Origin: Candidatus Sungiibacteriota bacterium
Lineage (GTDB): Bacteria; Patescibacteriota; Minisyncoccia; Sungbacterales; HO2-52-23
Assembly: GCA_016206285.1 (NCBI GenBank)
Contig: JACQRW010000024.1
Coordinates: 1,376-65,375 of the forward strand
Direction: 5' to 3'
Length of the DNA: 64,000 nucleotides
Shown: positions 36,461-45,531 of the stretch, piece by piece
Position numbering within the stretch: the stretch's first letter is position 1
How the letters are laid out: every line of letters begins with the position of its first letter
The notes under the pieces: generated by a model
The model's database searches: none
What the model was told of the DNA's origin: nothing
Seen by the model: only the letters and a program-made list of their open reading frames with translations
Translations under genes and position numbers: made by a program

Positions 36461-37201
36461 ATGGAAGATCAAAACGCTCAGCAGTATGAAACACCGCAGG
36501 CAACCCCGGAAGTCCGGCCAACGCCAAACCCGTTACTTGTTCCCATCGCAATTATTATTGCCGGAGCGCTGATCGGCGGCTCGGTACTGTATTCAAATTC
36601 GAGCAGGCGGCCGGCACCGCAGCTCGGTGCAGCAAACACCGGAAAAGCAGTGGACAACGCGGAACTCCTGAAGCAGGCGCAAAATGATTCCCGATCGCTC
36701 GGAAACCCGGATGCGCCCGTTACTATTGTCGAGTTCGCGGACTTCCAGTGTCCGTTCTGCGGAAAGTTTTTCCGGGAAAGCGGGACCAAAATCATTGATC
36801 AGTACGTCAAAACCGGCAAAGTGCGTTTCGTGTACCGCGACTTCGCATTCCTCGGACCTGAATCCACTATGACCGCGGAAGCAAGCCGCTGCGCCCAAGA
36901 CCAGCAGGCGTTTTGGCAATACCATGATTATGTTTTCAGCCATCAACAGGGAGAAAACCAGGGAGCGTTTTCCAAAGAAAACCTGAAGGGCTTTGCCGCC
37001 ATACTCAAGCTTGATACGCAAAAATTCAACGCGTGCCTCGACACAGGCACGCACCGTGACGAAGTGCAGAAAGATCTTGAACTCGGGCGTTCGCTGGGTG
37101 TAGACGGCACTCCGTCCACGTTTGTGAATGACAAATTTTTCAACGGTGCACTCCCGTTTGAAGAGTTTAAAAAAGCAATTGAAGCGGAACTTGCCAAATA
37201 G
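36461..37201 (+). CDS. Membrane-anchored DsbA-family thiol:disulfide oxidoreductase (thioredoxin fold, CPFC active site)
   Basis: VTIVEFADFQCPFCGKF active site, N-terminal TM helix, C-terminal cis-Pro region VDGTPSTFVN. Confidence 0.75.
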   Translation: MEDQNAQQYETPQATPEVRPTPNPLLVPIAIIIAGALIGGSVLYSNSSRRPAPQLGAANTGKAVDNAELLKQAQNDSRSLGNPDAPVTIVEFADFQCPFCGKFFRESGTKIIDQYVKTGKVRFVYRDFAFLGPESTMTAEASRCAQDQQAFWQYHDYVFSHQQGENQGAFSKENLKGFAAILKLDTQKFNACLDTGTHRDEVQKDLELGRSLGVDGTPSTFVNDKFFNGALPFEEFKKAIEAELAK

Positions 37202-37257
37202 GAACAGAATGACAAAACCCGATATGCCCGCGTTCTATCCACAGACGCATATTTTTC

Positions 37258-37848
37258 ATGAAGAAGTCATACCTGGATGAAGCCGATGAATACAAAGATC
37301 CGAGCGATCTGAAAGACGAGGAAATTCTCCGGGCGGCGCAAGACGAGCCCGCACTTTTCGAGGTGCTGGTCGAGCGGTATCGGTCTCCGCTCCTGCGTGC
37401 GGCACTGCGCATAGTCAAAGGCCGGGAAGAGGCTGAGGATATCGTGCAGGAAGCGTTTGTAAAAATCTATAAAAATGCGCACCAGTTCCAAAAACTTGAA
37501 GGCATTGAGTTCAAATCGTGGGCATATAAGGTGGCGATCAATACTGCCATCACCCACTACCGCAAGCTCAAGCGCGGAGAATTTTTAAGCGAAGACCCGA
37601 GTGTGTTCGAGAAGCCCTCTGAAGAACAGTTTGACCGGCATCTGCACGAGCGCGCCGATGCAAAAAGCGCAATCGCCGAAACGCTTGCCAAAGTGCCGGA
37701 ACACTTGCGCAGCGTACTCGAAGCGTACTATTTTGAAGACAAATCGTACCAGACTATCGCCCAAGAACACAATATCTCGATTCCCACATTGAAAATGCGC
37801 CTGTTCCGGGCAAAAAAAGTTTTTAAAAAATTAAGCGACATTGGATAA
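37258..37848 (+). CDS. ECF (sigma-70 family group IV) RNA polymerase sigma factor
   Basis: Region 2 (LFEVLVERYRSPLLRAALRIV...EDIVQEAFVKIYKN) and region 4 HTH (LRSVLEAYYFEDKSYQTIAQEHNISIPTLKMRLFRAKK). Confidence 0.8.
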   Translation: MKKSYLDEADEYKDPSDLKDEEILRAAQDEPALFEVLVERYRSPLLRAALRIVKGREEAEDIVQEAFVKIYKNAHQFQKLEGIEFKSWAYKVAINTAITHYRKLKRGEFLSEDPSVFEKPSEEQFDRHLHERADAKSAIAETLAKVPEHLRSVLEAYYFEDKSYQTIAQEHNISIPTLKMRLFRAKKVFKKLSDIG

Positions 37849-38257
37849 CGAAAACAATACTATGAATACCATTCAAACGCCGATTCGCGGCGAACAAGAC
37901 TCGACCGCAACAAAATTCAACGGGCAGATTCTGCAAAGCGTGTACCGGGTATGGCTTTTCCGCAAGCTTCTGCCCGTGCTTATCGGCGAGATTATTTTTC
38001 TCTCCCTGCTGCTCTACGGCATCGGGCGGCTGGTCTTTGTCGAGCGCGTGATCGGCAACGGTTTTAACGTGCTTTTTCTGAACCCGACTGGCATTTTCCT
38101 GTTCGGATTTGACGCATTCAGCCACGCAACCGGAGTAACTAAATTGCTGGCCATCGCCATTGTTATTCTTGCGGCACTCGTGATCCGCCATATCACGCAG
38201 GGCATGCTCCGCCTGATCCTGGTACGCCAGAATTATTTCGGCCAAATCCGGAAATGA
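37841..38257 (+). CDS. Putative membrane anti-sigma factor (co-transcribed, 8-nt overlap with the sigma factor gene)
   Basis: 138 aa with a cytoplasmic N-terminus then two or three TM helices; assigned from position and topology only. Confidence 0.4.
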   Translation: MDNENNTMNTIQTPIRGEQDSTATKFNGQILQSVYRVWLFRKLLPVLIGEIIFLSLLLYGIGRLVFVERVIGNGFNVLFLNPTGIFLFGFDAFSHATGVTKLLAIAIVILAALVIRHITQGMLRLILVRQNYFGQIRK

Positions 38258-38988
38258 CTCCTCTTGAAATTATCTACGCCGATCAGCATATGATCGTGAT
38301 TAACAAACCCCCGGGCATTGCCGTGCACGGGGGTGTTTCGGTTTTTGGCGAGACGCTGGTTGATTCCCTGCTTCAACAATTTCCCGAAATCCGCACAGTC
38401 GGAGACGACTCCACAATTCGCCCGGGCATCGTGCACCGGCTCGATAAAGATACGTCCGGCATCATGGTGATAGCACGAACCCAGGAAAGTTTTGAAATCC
38501 TCAAAAATATTTTCAAGACTAGGCAAGTGCAAAAAACATACCTTGCGATTATCTGCGGCAACCCAAAACAAAAAACCGGCATAATCACGTTCCCCATCGG
38601 CCGGCTCATAAAAAACCCATTAAAACGAGGCGCTGATACTCCCGGGCGCCCAACCGTAATCCGGGGAGCGCGTGAAGCTTACACGGAGTACCGGGTGCTC
38701 AAAACCGGACAGACATATTCCCTGATTGAACTTAAGCCCAAAACCGGGCGCATGCACCAGCTGCGCGTGCATCTCAAAGCACTCGGAACTCCCATTGCCT
38801 GCGATCGTATCTACGGCGGCAAGCAGGTGTGCTGCCCAACTCCCAATGGTCGCCAGCTTCTCCACGCCCAGTCCCTTACTTTCAGCTTTCCCGATGCCGG
38901 CAGCCTCTTTTTCGAAGCCGACCCGCCCGAAGATTTCAGACTTGCCCTGAATGCAATTGAAGGGCTTGCACAAGAGCTGATTGCATGA
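38254..38988 (+). CDS. RluA-family pseudouridine synthase
   Basis: IVHRLDKDTSGIMVIART catalytic Asp motif, KTYLAIICG, HQLRVHL motif. Confidence 0.85.
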   Translation: MTPLEIIYADQHMIVINKPPGIAVHGGVSVFGETLVDSLLQQFPEIRTVGDDSTIRPGIVHRLDKDTSGIMVIARTQESFEILKNIFKTRQVQKTYLAIICGNPKQKTGIITFPIGRLIKNPLKRGADTPGRPTVIRGAREAYTEYRVLKTGQTYSLIELKPKTGRMHQLRVHLKALGTPIACDRIYGGKQVCCPTPNGRQLLHAQSLTFSFPDAGSLFFEADPPEDFRLALNAIEGLAQELIA

Positions 38989-39003
38989 TATATATATCTT
39001 TAT

Positions 39004-39420
39004 ATGACAACAACCATTGAACAAACCAATTTGCGTGCAAATCTGCCAGAACTGCGGCCCGGCGACCTGGTGCGCGTGCATCAAAAAATCAAAGAGGGCG
39101 AAAAGGAGCGGATCAGTATTTTTGAAGGCCTGGTTATCGCGACAAAACACGGAACAGGCGTTTCAGCTACGCTTACCGTACGGAAAGTAGTGGACGGGAT
39201 CGGCGTGGAGCGCGTGTTTCCGATCCACTCCCCCCGCATAGACAAAATCGAGGTTGTGCGCCGATCAAAAGTGGGACGTGCCAAGCTCTATTACATCCGC
39301 GACAAGGCGGCTCGCGAGGTGCGCCGCAAAATGCGCACGCTCCGGCTTGAAACTCCCATAACGCCGGCGGAAGAGTCAATCACAAACGAAGAAGTTGAGG
39401 CAGCAGCGCCGACCGAATAA
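39004..39420 (+). CDS. rplS: 50S ribosomal protein bL19 with C-terminal extension
   Basis: [71 protein letters not shown]. Confidence 0.9.
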   Translation: MTTTIEQTNLRANLPELRPGDLVRVHQKIKEGEKERISIFEGLVIATKHGTGVSATLTVRKVVDGIGVERVFPIHSPRIDKIEVVRRSKVGRAKLYYIRDKAAREVRRKMRTLRLETPITPAEESITNEEVEAAAPTE

Positions 39421-39433
39421 GTCGGTGCCTTGC

Positions 39434-39520
39434 GCGCGGGTGGCGAAATTGGCAGACGCACTACCTTGAGGTGGTAGCGGGGGCAACCCCTTGGAGGTTC
39501 GAGTCCTCTCCCGCGCACCA
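39434..39520 (+). tRNA. tRNA-Leu (anticodon GAG), type II with long variable arm, CCA encoded
   Basis: Acceptor GCGCGGG/CCCGCGC, anticodon stem CUACC/GGUAG with loop UUGAGGU, variable arm CGGGGGCAACCCCUU, T-loop UUCGAGU, 87 nt. Confidence 0.85.
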
Positions 39521-39544
39521 GTAGTAAATTTTATCAAATAAATA

Positions 39545-39579
39545 GCCCGCCGCGGAAATACCGGGCGGGTTTTTGTTTT
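39545..39579. terminator. Bidirectional intrinsic terminator after tRNA-Leu(GAG) and at the 3' end of the minus-strand gene 39582-40754
   Basis: CCCGCC-gcggaaataccg-GGCGGG followed by TTTTTGTTTT. Confidence 0.6.
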
Positions 39580-39581
39580 CA

Positions 39582-40754
39582 CTATATTTTGGTATGCGTC
39601 CGCGAAATTCTCTTGACATTTTCTTCGCGGCCGGCATCATAAAGAGTCAAAATCTGATTTTCCATCCGCCAGGTAAAACGAAGTCCTTTGTCGCTAATGC
39701 GGCTCCATCGACAGTCGGCCGGGCTGTTGAAGAGCGGATCGGGCATGACCTCAGTGTTTAGAGAATTATGCCGCGATCCGTATTGGCACAAGAAATTGAT
39801 TTGTTTTACCATTTGCTTTTGGACTTCCGGCGCTGCATTGCGATAGAACTTCAAATAATAATATTCATATTTGACCTCAATGGCGACTTGCTCGTTATGT
39901 TCTTCGGGATTTCCGCACCAGATCGCTTTTTGAGGCAATTCCTCGGGGATGGCATTGCGCTTACTCCCAAAATCGCGAATCTGCTCTGCACACGCAAAAA
40001 GCCGAGTCGACAGTGTAGGATAAGCAAGCCCGATTTTTTCAATCGCTTTAGCGTCAGTATCCTCTTGCGTTGATTCCAATTCATGAATACGGAAATCTTT
40101 TGCTTCGAGTTTCGATTGAAGCCGCTTAAGTTCCTCCATATAATATTCTCCCCGTTCAAGCAACATATCATTCTGTTGTTCCAAATATGTCACTTGATTT
40201 GTCAGACGCACCGTCTCATCCAAAATCGTCTGCACTGCCACGGCGATTGTCTCGCAAGGATGCTGCGGCTCGTCCGCGGACCTGCGCTCTGTCACCAACA
40301 TGATACTCGCCGCCATTTCAGCTGCATGCAATGTTTCCTCGCGCATTTTCCGTTGTTCTTCAAGATCAACAATCTGTTGCCATGTGGTAATGCCGCAATC
40401 AAGCAGTATTTGCAAGGGACGCGTCCTTTTAGAACCCTTTTGCAGCAATCCATTGATTTCTTCTATTCTCTTTTGATCTTCGCCTTTTAAGTACACATAG
40501 ACCATACAGTATTGGCCTACATATCGGTCAACGGACGAATCACTGCTCTCTAAATTTTGCTCTTCCATCTCTTTCAATGCTGCACTTTTTGATCCTGGTA
40601 TTCGAAAGGAATAGTCTCCCGTTACATGTTTCAGCATTATCTTTTGCCGTTTTCTTACTATTGGCGTAAAGAATGCACGTGTCTCATCGAAAAGATCGAA
40701 AATATCAATTGGCGCAATATCAATTGGTGCCGGCATACATATCTCCTTTTCCAT
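39582..40754 (-). CDS. Hypothetical coiled-coil protein, 390 aa, no recognised family
   Basis: Long uninterrupted ORF with a central Q/E/L-rich predicted coiled coil and lower GC. Confidence 0.5.
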   Translation of the reverse strand: MEKEICMPAPIDIAPIDIFDLFDETRAFFTPIVRKRQKIMLKHVTGDYSFRIPGSKSAALKEMEEQNLESSDSSVDRYVGQYCMVYVYLKGEDQKRIEEINGLLQKGSKRTRPLQILLDCGITTWQQIVDLEEQRKMREETLHAAEMAASIMLVTERRSADEPQHPCETIAVAVQTILDETVRLTNQVTYLEQQNDMLLERGEYYMEELKRLQSKLEAKDFRIHELESTQEDTDAKAIEKIGLAYPTLSTRLFACAEQIRDFGSKRNAIPEELPQKAIWCGNPEEHNEQVAIEVKYEYYYLKFYRNAAPEVQKQMVKQINFLCQYGSRHNSLNTEVMPDPLFNSPADCRWSRISDKGLRFTWRMENQILTLYDAGREENVKRISRTHTKI

Positions 40755-40884
40755 TAAAATGCCATGTAAAGAAGCTGCCTTAACTTAAGGTCAAAAGCAG
40801 GATATTGTCAATCTTGGCGCGTACCTGCCGCACAGTTGAAAAAAAATAAGAAACCGTGTAGAATACCGGTAGTTTTGAAAAAAT

Positions 40885-40956
40885 GCCGCGGTAGCTCAGT
40901 GGTAGAGCAGACGCCTGAAGAGCGTCGTGTCGTCAGTTCAATTCTGACCCGCGGCA
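40885..40956 (+). tRNA. tRNA-Phe (anticodon GAA)
   Basis: Acceptor GCCGCGG/CCGCGGC, anticodon stem GACGC/GCGUC with loop CUGAAGA, T-arm GUCAG-UUCAAUU-CUGAC. Confidence 0.85.
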
Positions 40957-40971
40957 CAGTGAACAGTTTTT

Positions 40972-41042
40972 GCGGCCATGGTTTAGTGGTAGAACACGAC
41001 CTTGCCAAGGTTGAAACGGGAGTTCGATTCTCCCTGGCCGCA
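40972..41042 (+). tRNA. tRNA-Gly (anticodon GCC)
   Basis: Acceptor GCGGCCA/UGGCCGC, anticodon stem CGACC/GGUUG with loop UUGCCAA, T-arm GGGAG-UUCGAUU-CUCCC. Confidence 0.85.
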
Positions 41043-41154
41043 TGGACAGCAATCGAAATCGGGAAAGGGGTAGGGAAAACGGGAGTTTTTCCGTGGTGGA
41101 AGATTTGAAACCGCAAGGTTTCAAGGAGCACTAGCGACGAGTTCTAGCGAAGCG

Positions 41155-41172
41155 GATTCTCCCTGGCCGCAT
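41155..41172 (+). repeat. 18-bp direct repeat of the 3' end of tRNA-Gly(GCC) (GATTCTCCCTGGCCGCAT), 129 bp downstream of the tRNA; att-like
   Basis: Identical to 41026-41043, which is the tRNA-Gly T-loop/acceptor 3' strand plus 1 nt. Confidence 0.6.
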
Positions 41173-41232
41173 ACGTTATCCACAGATGATTTTTGACATG
41201 GCATCGGGTATACTGAAAGCACTAGAGAAGTT

Positions 41233-41670
41233 ATGTACTCTGCCAAAGGTCGAAGTATTTTCATGACCAAAAAATATAAAATGAACTCAAAACAATTTTT
41301 GATTCTGGGAGGTCTGGTATTGGTGCTTGTCGCAGTGCTTGGCATGGTCGGCGTGATCGGCCCGACAGCGGAGCAAAGCATTTTCGGACCGAACTGGTGG
41401 TTTGATGCCGGAGAAAACTGGGCGCATCTGGTACTTGGTGTCGTGGCGCTCCTTGCCGCATTCGTGCTTCCGGCAGGCATGCAAAAGCCGCTGGTTATCC
41501 TCGTAGGTCTGCTCGCGCTCGTCGTGGGTGTCTACAGCGCCGCGGTTTCCACTATGCTGCTTGGTGCAAACCTTGAGAACCCGGCAGACACAGTACTCCA
41601 TATTGCCGTCGGCCTGTGGGCGCTTCTTGCAGCAATGATGGGTAAAGAAAGCAGCTCGATGCCCATGTAG
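41233..41670 (+). CDS. Hypothetical 4-TM membrane protein (likely start at MTKKYKMNSKQ, 41263)
   Basis: Hydrophobic helices LILGGLVLVLVAVLGMVGVIG, HLVLGVVALLAAFVL and so on; followed by a perfect 38-bp palindromic terminator. Confidence 0.5.
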   Translation: MYSAKGRSIFMTKKYKMNSKQFLILGGLVLVLVAVLGMVGVIGPTAEQSIFGPNWWFDAGENWAHLVLGVVALLAAFVLPAGMQKPLVILVGLLALVVGVYSAAVSTMLLGANLENPADTVLHIAVGLWALLAAMMGKESSSMPM

Positions 41671-41690
41671 TTTTCCGGAAAGGAACCTAC

Positions 41691-41728
41691 AACTAAAATC
41701 ATTCCGACATGTCGGAATGATTTTAGTT
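41691..41728. terminator. Perfect 38-bp palindrome; bidirectional terminator between convergent genes
   Basis: AACTAAAATCATTCCGACA / TGTCGGAATGATTTTAGTT, flanked by T-runs on both strands. Confidence 0.6.
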
Positions 41729-41739
41729 TGGAAAATCGT

Positions 41740-42132
41740 TCATTTCTGGAGTTCTAGAAGGACTATCAGGACGAGGTTCACAATAACAAATTTTTCTACC
41801 AGAAATCTCCTTATAGTTTCAATTCGTTCAAGATCATAGTACATAGGCCTTCTGGCTTCTGCAGTCCTCCCCTCGGAGAACTCTAGTGTGACACCCTCTA
41901 TATTATCATATTGAACATTATAGATATCTCTTTTTTTATAAACTATCATTCGCTCGTAATATCGAATCTTAAACCAGTACCACATCAGAATCAAAATGAC
42001 AAAAATAAACAAAAAAGCGTTGCACAAAAAAAATACAACCAGACCTGTAAAGAAGAGTGCAATTTCGTCAATTTGAACAAGTTGGAAATTGTCTTTTCTT
42101 TTCATTTTATCTACCCAATCCTCAGAAGACAT
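41740..42132 (-). CDS. Hypothetical AT-rich membrane protein (2 TM helices followed by a possible bacterial PH-like domain)
   Basis: 130 aa with markedly AT-rich codon usage compared with neighbours; possible foreign origin. Confidence 0.4.
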   Translation of the reverse strand: MSSEDWVDKMKRKDNFQLVQIDEIALFFTGLVVFFLCNAFLFIFVILILMWYWFKIRYYERMIVYKKRDIYNVQYDNIEGVTLEFSEGRTAEARRPMYYDLERIETIRRFLVEKFVIVNLVLIVLLELQK

Positions 42133-42192
42133 ATTTGCAATTATAATGTTCAGTATTTATTGACATACTGTTTCGTTATAGAAGTCTATTGA

Positions 42193-42276
42193 TGCCCGGG
42201 GTGGGACTCGAACCCACACGAGGTTTCCCTCAGCAGATTTTAAGTCTGCCCTGGCTACCAGTTACAGCACCCGGGC
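42193..42276 (-). tRNA. tRNA-Leu (anticodon UAA), type II, uninterrupted
   Basis: Acceptor GCCCGGG/CCCGGGC, anticodon stem GCAGA/UCUGC with loop CUUAAAA, long variable arm, T-arm GUGGG-UUCGAGU-CCCAC, 84 nt. Confidence 0.85.
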
Positions 42277-42958
42277 TTATCATTGTTTTATATTTTTCCC
42301 ATCCTACTCTGGATTGCAAACATAGCTTTGCACTCTGTAATTTCCTCTCTAAAGCTAAACAGTCTTTATAATAACATTGCCCGAGAATAAGTTTTGCCGC
42401 AATTTTGCCAAACTTTAAGACATATAATTCATTCCGTCTGTTTTTTCTCGGATAGGTATGAATTTTACCGCTAACCCCAAGACACTCCGCACATTTTACC
42501 TGAAGCCACTCTGTAAATCTACTTGAACCGGAAACAACCTTTACTGACCACTGCTCTCCGCCATTTGTAGGATGACGCCAAGTAAGAATCGAGCCGTCAC
42601 CATCAATTACTCCTCGAAAAAAATCCGGAAAATACTCGAGAGGCACCCTAAGTGCTCCAATCGTGAGCGATTTCCTTTCTGTCAGACCAATCTGCAAAAG
42701 GTAATTATAGAATTTAACATCACTAAATTGAAGAAAGGCATAATTTTTTTCTTTTGACCCACCTCGGGTCTTCTTTATGATTTTTACTTTCAGTCCTAAG
42801 GCATCTCTTACAGTAGTAAGATAGTGCTCATCCTTAGCAGTAATATTGATATGCCGTTTATCTTTACTCAAATTACCATCCGTAGCTATCAAGCCAACTA
42901 CATACCACAAATGTCCGGGCTGTATTAGTTTTAAGTCCACCATACAGTAATGGTACAT
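42230..42958 (-). CDS. Double-motif LAGLIDADG homing endonuclease; its reading frame continues 47 nt into tRNA-Leu(UAA)
   Basis: Motif 1 LWYVVGLIATDGNLS and motif 2 FFRGVIDGDGSI. The last 15 codons (GAVTGSQGRLKIC) are the tRNA 5' half read in frame, and the stop codon lies in the anticodon arm. Confidence 0.7.
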   Translation of the reverse strand: MYHYCMVDLKLIQPGHLWYVVGLIATDGNLSKDKRHINITAKDEHYLTTVRDALGLKVKIIKKTRGGSKEKNYAFLQFSDVKFYNYLLQIGLTERKSLTIGALRVPLEYFPDFFRGVIDGDGSILTWRHPTNGGEQWSVKVVSGSSRFTEWLQVKCAECLGVSGKIHTYPRKNRRNELYVLKFGKIAAKLILGQCYYKDCLALERKLQSAKLCLQSRVGWEKYKTMISPGAVTGSQGRLKIC

Positions 42959-42977
42959 ATAAAGGGGCCTAAGGACA

Positions 42978-43050
42978 AGGTGCAGGAGGGATTCGCACCC
43001 TCGTATAACGGTTTTGCAGACCGTCGCGTTAGCTTCTTCGCCACTGCACC
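42978..43050 (-). tRNA. tRNA-Cys (anticodon GCA)
   Basis: Acceptor GGUGCAG/CUGCACC, anticodon stem ACGGU/ACCGU with loop CUGCAAA, T-arm GAGGG-UGCGAAU-CCCUC, discriminator U. Confidence 0.8.
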
Positions 43051-43051
43051 A

Positions 43052-43402
43052 TTATAACTCGCCTTTTTGTTTTAATTCCGCCAAAGATTTTTCCACCCGC
43101 TCGCGGCGGTCTTCGGCGCTATCCGGCAGAAAACGGATCTGCGGAACCGGACGCATACGGACGGCCCGGTTGAGCATCTGCTGGATCGGATAGATATTTT
43201 TTTCAAACACCGCCAAAACTTCAGCCTCACTGCCGCCCAATACCGAGAAAAATATAGTCGCATACCGGCTGTCTTTTGATACAACCATGCGCGTAAGCGT
43301 AACCAGACACCCTTCGGGAAACTCAAGTTCGCGGTCAATGATCTTACTCACCTCCTCTTTCAAAAATACGCTCAATTGTTCAATGCGGCGCGGGGATGCC
43401 AT
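43052..43402 (-). CDS. rbfA: Ribosome-binding factor A
   Basis: 116 aa; the KH-like core (...VTLTRMVVSKDSRYATIFFSVLG...IRFLPDSAEDRRERVEKSL) matches RbfA. Located upstream of infB on the minus strand as in many bacteria (here infB lies upstream of rbfA in transcription order). Confidence 0.75.
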   Translation of the reverse strand: MASPRRIEQLSVFLKEEVSKIIDRELEFPEGCLVTLTRMVVSKDSRYATIFFSVLGGSEAEVLAVFEKNIYPIQQMLNRAVRMRPVPQIRFLPDSAEDRRERVEKSLAELKQKGEL

Positions 43403-43408
43403 AATGGC

Positions 43409-44941
43409 TTAACTTAATTTCTGCCTGGTAATTTCTTCAAGAAACGCTTCGATCATATCACCCTCGATAATGGGCGTTTTAGTTTCGATCAACATGCCAA
43501 ATTCCGACCCTTTTTCAACCGTATCCGCATCAGACTTGTTGCGCTGGAGCTGGACAATGGTGCCGGTTCCGATCACTTCCCGCATGCGCGAAATTTCAAT
43601 CTTGGCGCCTTTTTTAACCACCCCAAGTTCTACGCGCCCGCCAATCACCTGATTATTGCCGTCTTTCTTGAAAATTTTCAGTATTTTTGCCTTGCCAAGC
43701 GACGTGCGCGTAATCTGCGGCGGAATGATTTCTTCCATTTTTTTGCGCGCCTCATCCAGTATCTCGTAAATCACATCGCCCCGGATAATACGCACATGCT
43801 CATGCTCGGCAAGCATGGCTGCGGTCGTATTGATATTCACCTTGAATCCCACGATCGTGACCAATTTGGTCGCAAGCGCCAGCTTTACATCGGACTCATT
43901 GATATCTCCCACTTCGCTCCGCAAAATTTTGACTCCGACAATATCCGAGTCAAGCTTTGCAAGCGATTCTTCAAGAGCTTCTTTGGAGCCGGATACGTCA
44001 GCTTTCACAATAAGATGAAAGACTGGCCTGCCGTGTACAATAGTATTTTCTCCGCCTGTAGATTTTTCAGGACTTGATACTGCATCGGGAAGCGATGAGA
44101 TAAAAAGCTCGGCTTCACCTTTGGTTGCAAATGAATGGAATGAATCGCCTACCGCCGGCGTCTCATGCAAACCTGTGATCCTGACCGGCGACGAAGGGCC
44201 CGCCTCCGTAATCGGCTGCCCAAGAAAATTTTCAAAGATTTTTATGCTCTCCAGCGATCTCCCGATTACGAGACTATGGCCTTTCAGAAGCGTACCGTCG
44301 CGCACCAAAAGAGTCGCGCTGATACCCCGGCGGTTGTCGCGCTCGGTTTCCAGCACTACTCCCTGGCCGGGCTTCTCCGGATGGCTGACAAAATGGTTTA
44401 CATCGGCAAGCAAAAGCAGCAGCGAGAGCAGATCGTCCATATGCGCTCCGGTCTGTCCGCTCACCTCTACAGACGGAATTTTGCCGCCATACGACTCGAC
44501 CAGCACGTTTTCCTTGGCAAGCTCCTGCTTTACGCGCTCCGGATTCGCTTCCGGCTTGTCCATCTTATTGATTGCCACCACATATGGCAGATTGTTTTCT
44601 GCCGCAATAGCCAGCGCCTCGCGCGTCTGCGGCTTCACGCCTTCGTCAGCGGCAACCACAATAACCGCCAGATCAGCGACTTGCGCTCCGCGTGAACGAA
44701 GTTTGGAAAAAAGTTCATGCCCGGGCGTGTCAATAAACGTAATACCGCGGCCATCTTGCGTCACTTCATACGCGCCTATATGCTGCGTAATCCCGCCGGA
44801 TTCCGATGCGACTACTTTTGTCTTGCGATACCAGTCCAGAATCGTGGTCTTCCCATGGTCAACATGCCCCATGACCACTACGATAGGAGGCCTCACGGCT
44901 ACGGTATTTTGTGTTATTGTGCTATCAGCTTTTTCTGTCAT
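43409..44941 (-). CDS. infB: Translation initiation factor IF-2 (short form lacking the long N-terminal region)
   Basis: G domain GHVDHGKTT...DTPGHELF...NKMD, then domains II-IV; 510 aa. Confidence 0.9.
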   Translation of the reverse strand: MTEKADSTITQNTVAVRPPIVVVMGHVDHGKTTILDWYRKTKVVASESGGITQHIGAYEVTQDGRGITFIDTPGHELFSKLRSRGAQVADLAVIVVAADEGVKPQTREALAIAAENNLPYVVAINKMDKPEANPERVKQELAKENVLVESYGGKIPSVEVSGQTGAHMDDLLSLLLLLADVNHFVSHPEKPGQGVVLETERDNRRGISATLLVRDGTLLKGHSLVIGRSLESIKIFENFLGQPITEAGPSSPVRITGLHETPAVGDSFHSFATKGEAELFISSLPDAVSSPEKSTGGENTIVHGRPVFHLIVKADVSGSKEALEESLAKLDSDIVGVKILRSEVGDINESDVKLALATKLVTIVGFKVNINTTAAMLAEHEHVRIIRGDVIYEILDEARKKMEEIIPPQITRTSLGKAKILKIFKKDGNNQVIGGRVELGVVKKGAKIEISRMREVIGTGTIVQLQRNKSDADTVEKGSEFGMLIETKTPIIEGDMIEAFLEEITRQKLS

Positions 44942-44943
44942 GA

Positions 44944-45402
44944 TTATTTCTGCATTGTTTCCTCCAACACCTTTTTCTCTTCTTCCGACAATTGATGCCT
45001 TGACCGCCCCCGTTCAATCGCTTTCCCGTAGATTCTCACGCCTTCGCGCGCAAAGAGCGAAGATACCATCACGCCCGTATTCTCGGCATCAAGCAGCGTC
45101 AGAATAAAACTATTGTCTCCGCCCGTATCATGAAACGGGTTAAATCTTACAAAACCTATTTTCTGCACGCTCATATCCGCTATGGCTTCTGTACGCGCGA
45201 GCCGCGGCTCCAATTCTTCAAGCTGCGTCTCAATCCTGCCCAAGCGCCTCACCACTTCGGCATGCATATCGTCCCCGGCGAGCTCCACGCCTCCGTACAG
45301 CTTGGCTATCTTTTTTTGGAGAGCCGCAATATACCATGCGCCAATGCCCCAGCTTACGATCAATAATCCGAATAAAATAAAAAATAGATACGCCATGGAC
45401 AT
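44944..45402 (-). CDS. DUF4446-like membrane-anchored protein (start trimmed to MSMAYLFFILFGLL)
   Basis: The upstream 90 codons of the track ORF overlap the divergent gene and have no support. The TM helix then a coiled coil then FVRFNPFHDTGGDNSFILTLLD are typical of this family. Confidence 0.55.
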   Translation of the reverse strand: MSMAYLFFILFGLLIVSWGIGAWYIAALQKKIAKLYGGVELAGDDMHAEVVRRLGRIETQLEELEPRLARTEAIADMSVQKIGFVRFNPFHDTGGDNSFILTLLDAENTGVMVSSLFAREGVRIYGKAIERGRSRHQLSEEEKKVLEETMQK

Positions 45403-45531
45403 ATCAGCCAGTGTAAACGCTTTTTCGCGATCCGTCCAGCTCTGGCACCCCGCTGAAAAGTACCTTATACTATAGTGGCTATCGCGACATATCCCCTCTT
45501 CCAGGACAGTAGACATCACAAGTCTATAAAA

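Noticed and set aside
42193-42276. A group I intron in tRNA-Leu(UAA) hosting the LAGLIDADG ORF
   Set aside because: The tRNA folds as a continuous 84-nt type II cloverleaf with an intact anticodon loop, so the homing endonuclease gene is adjacent or overlapping rather than intron-encoded.
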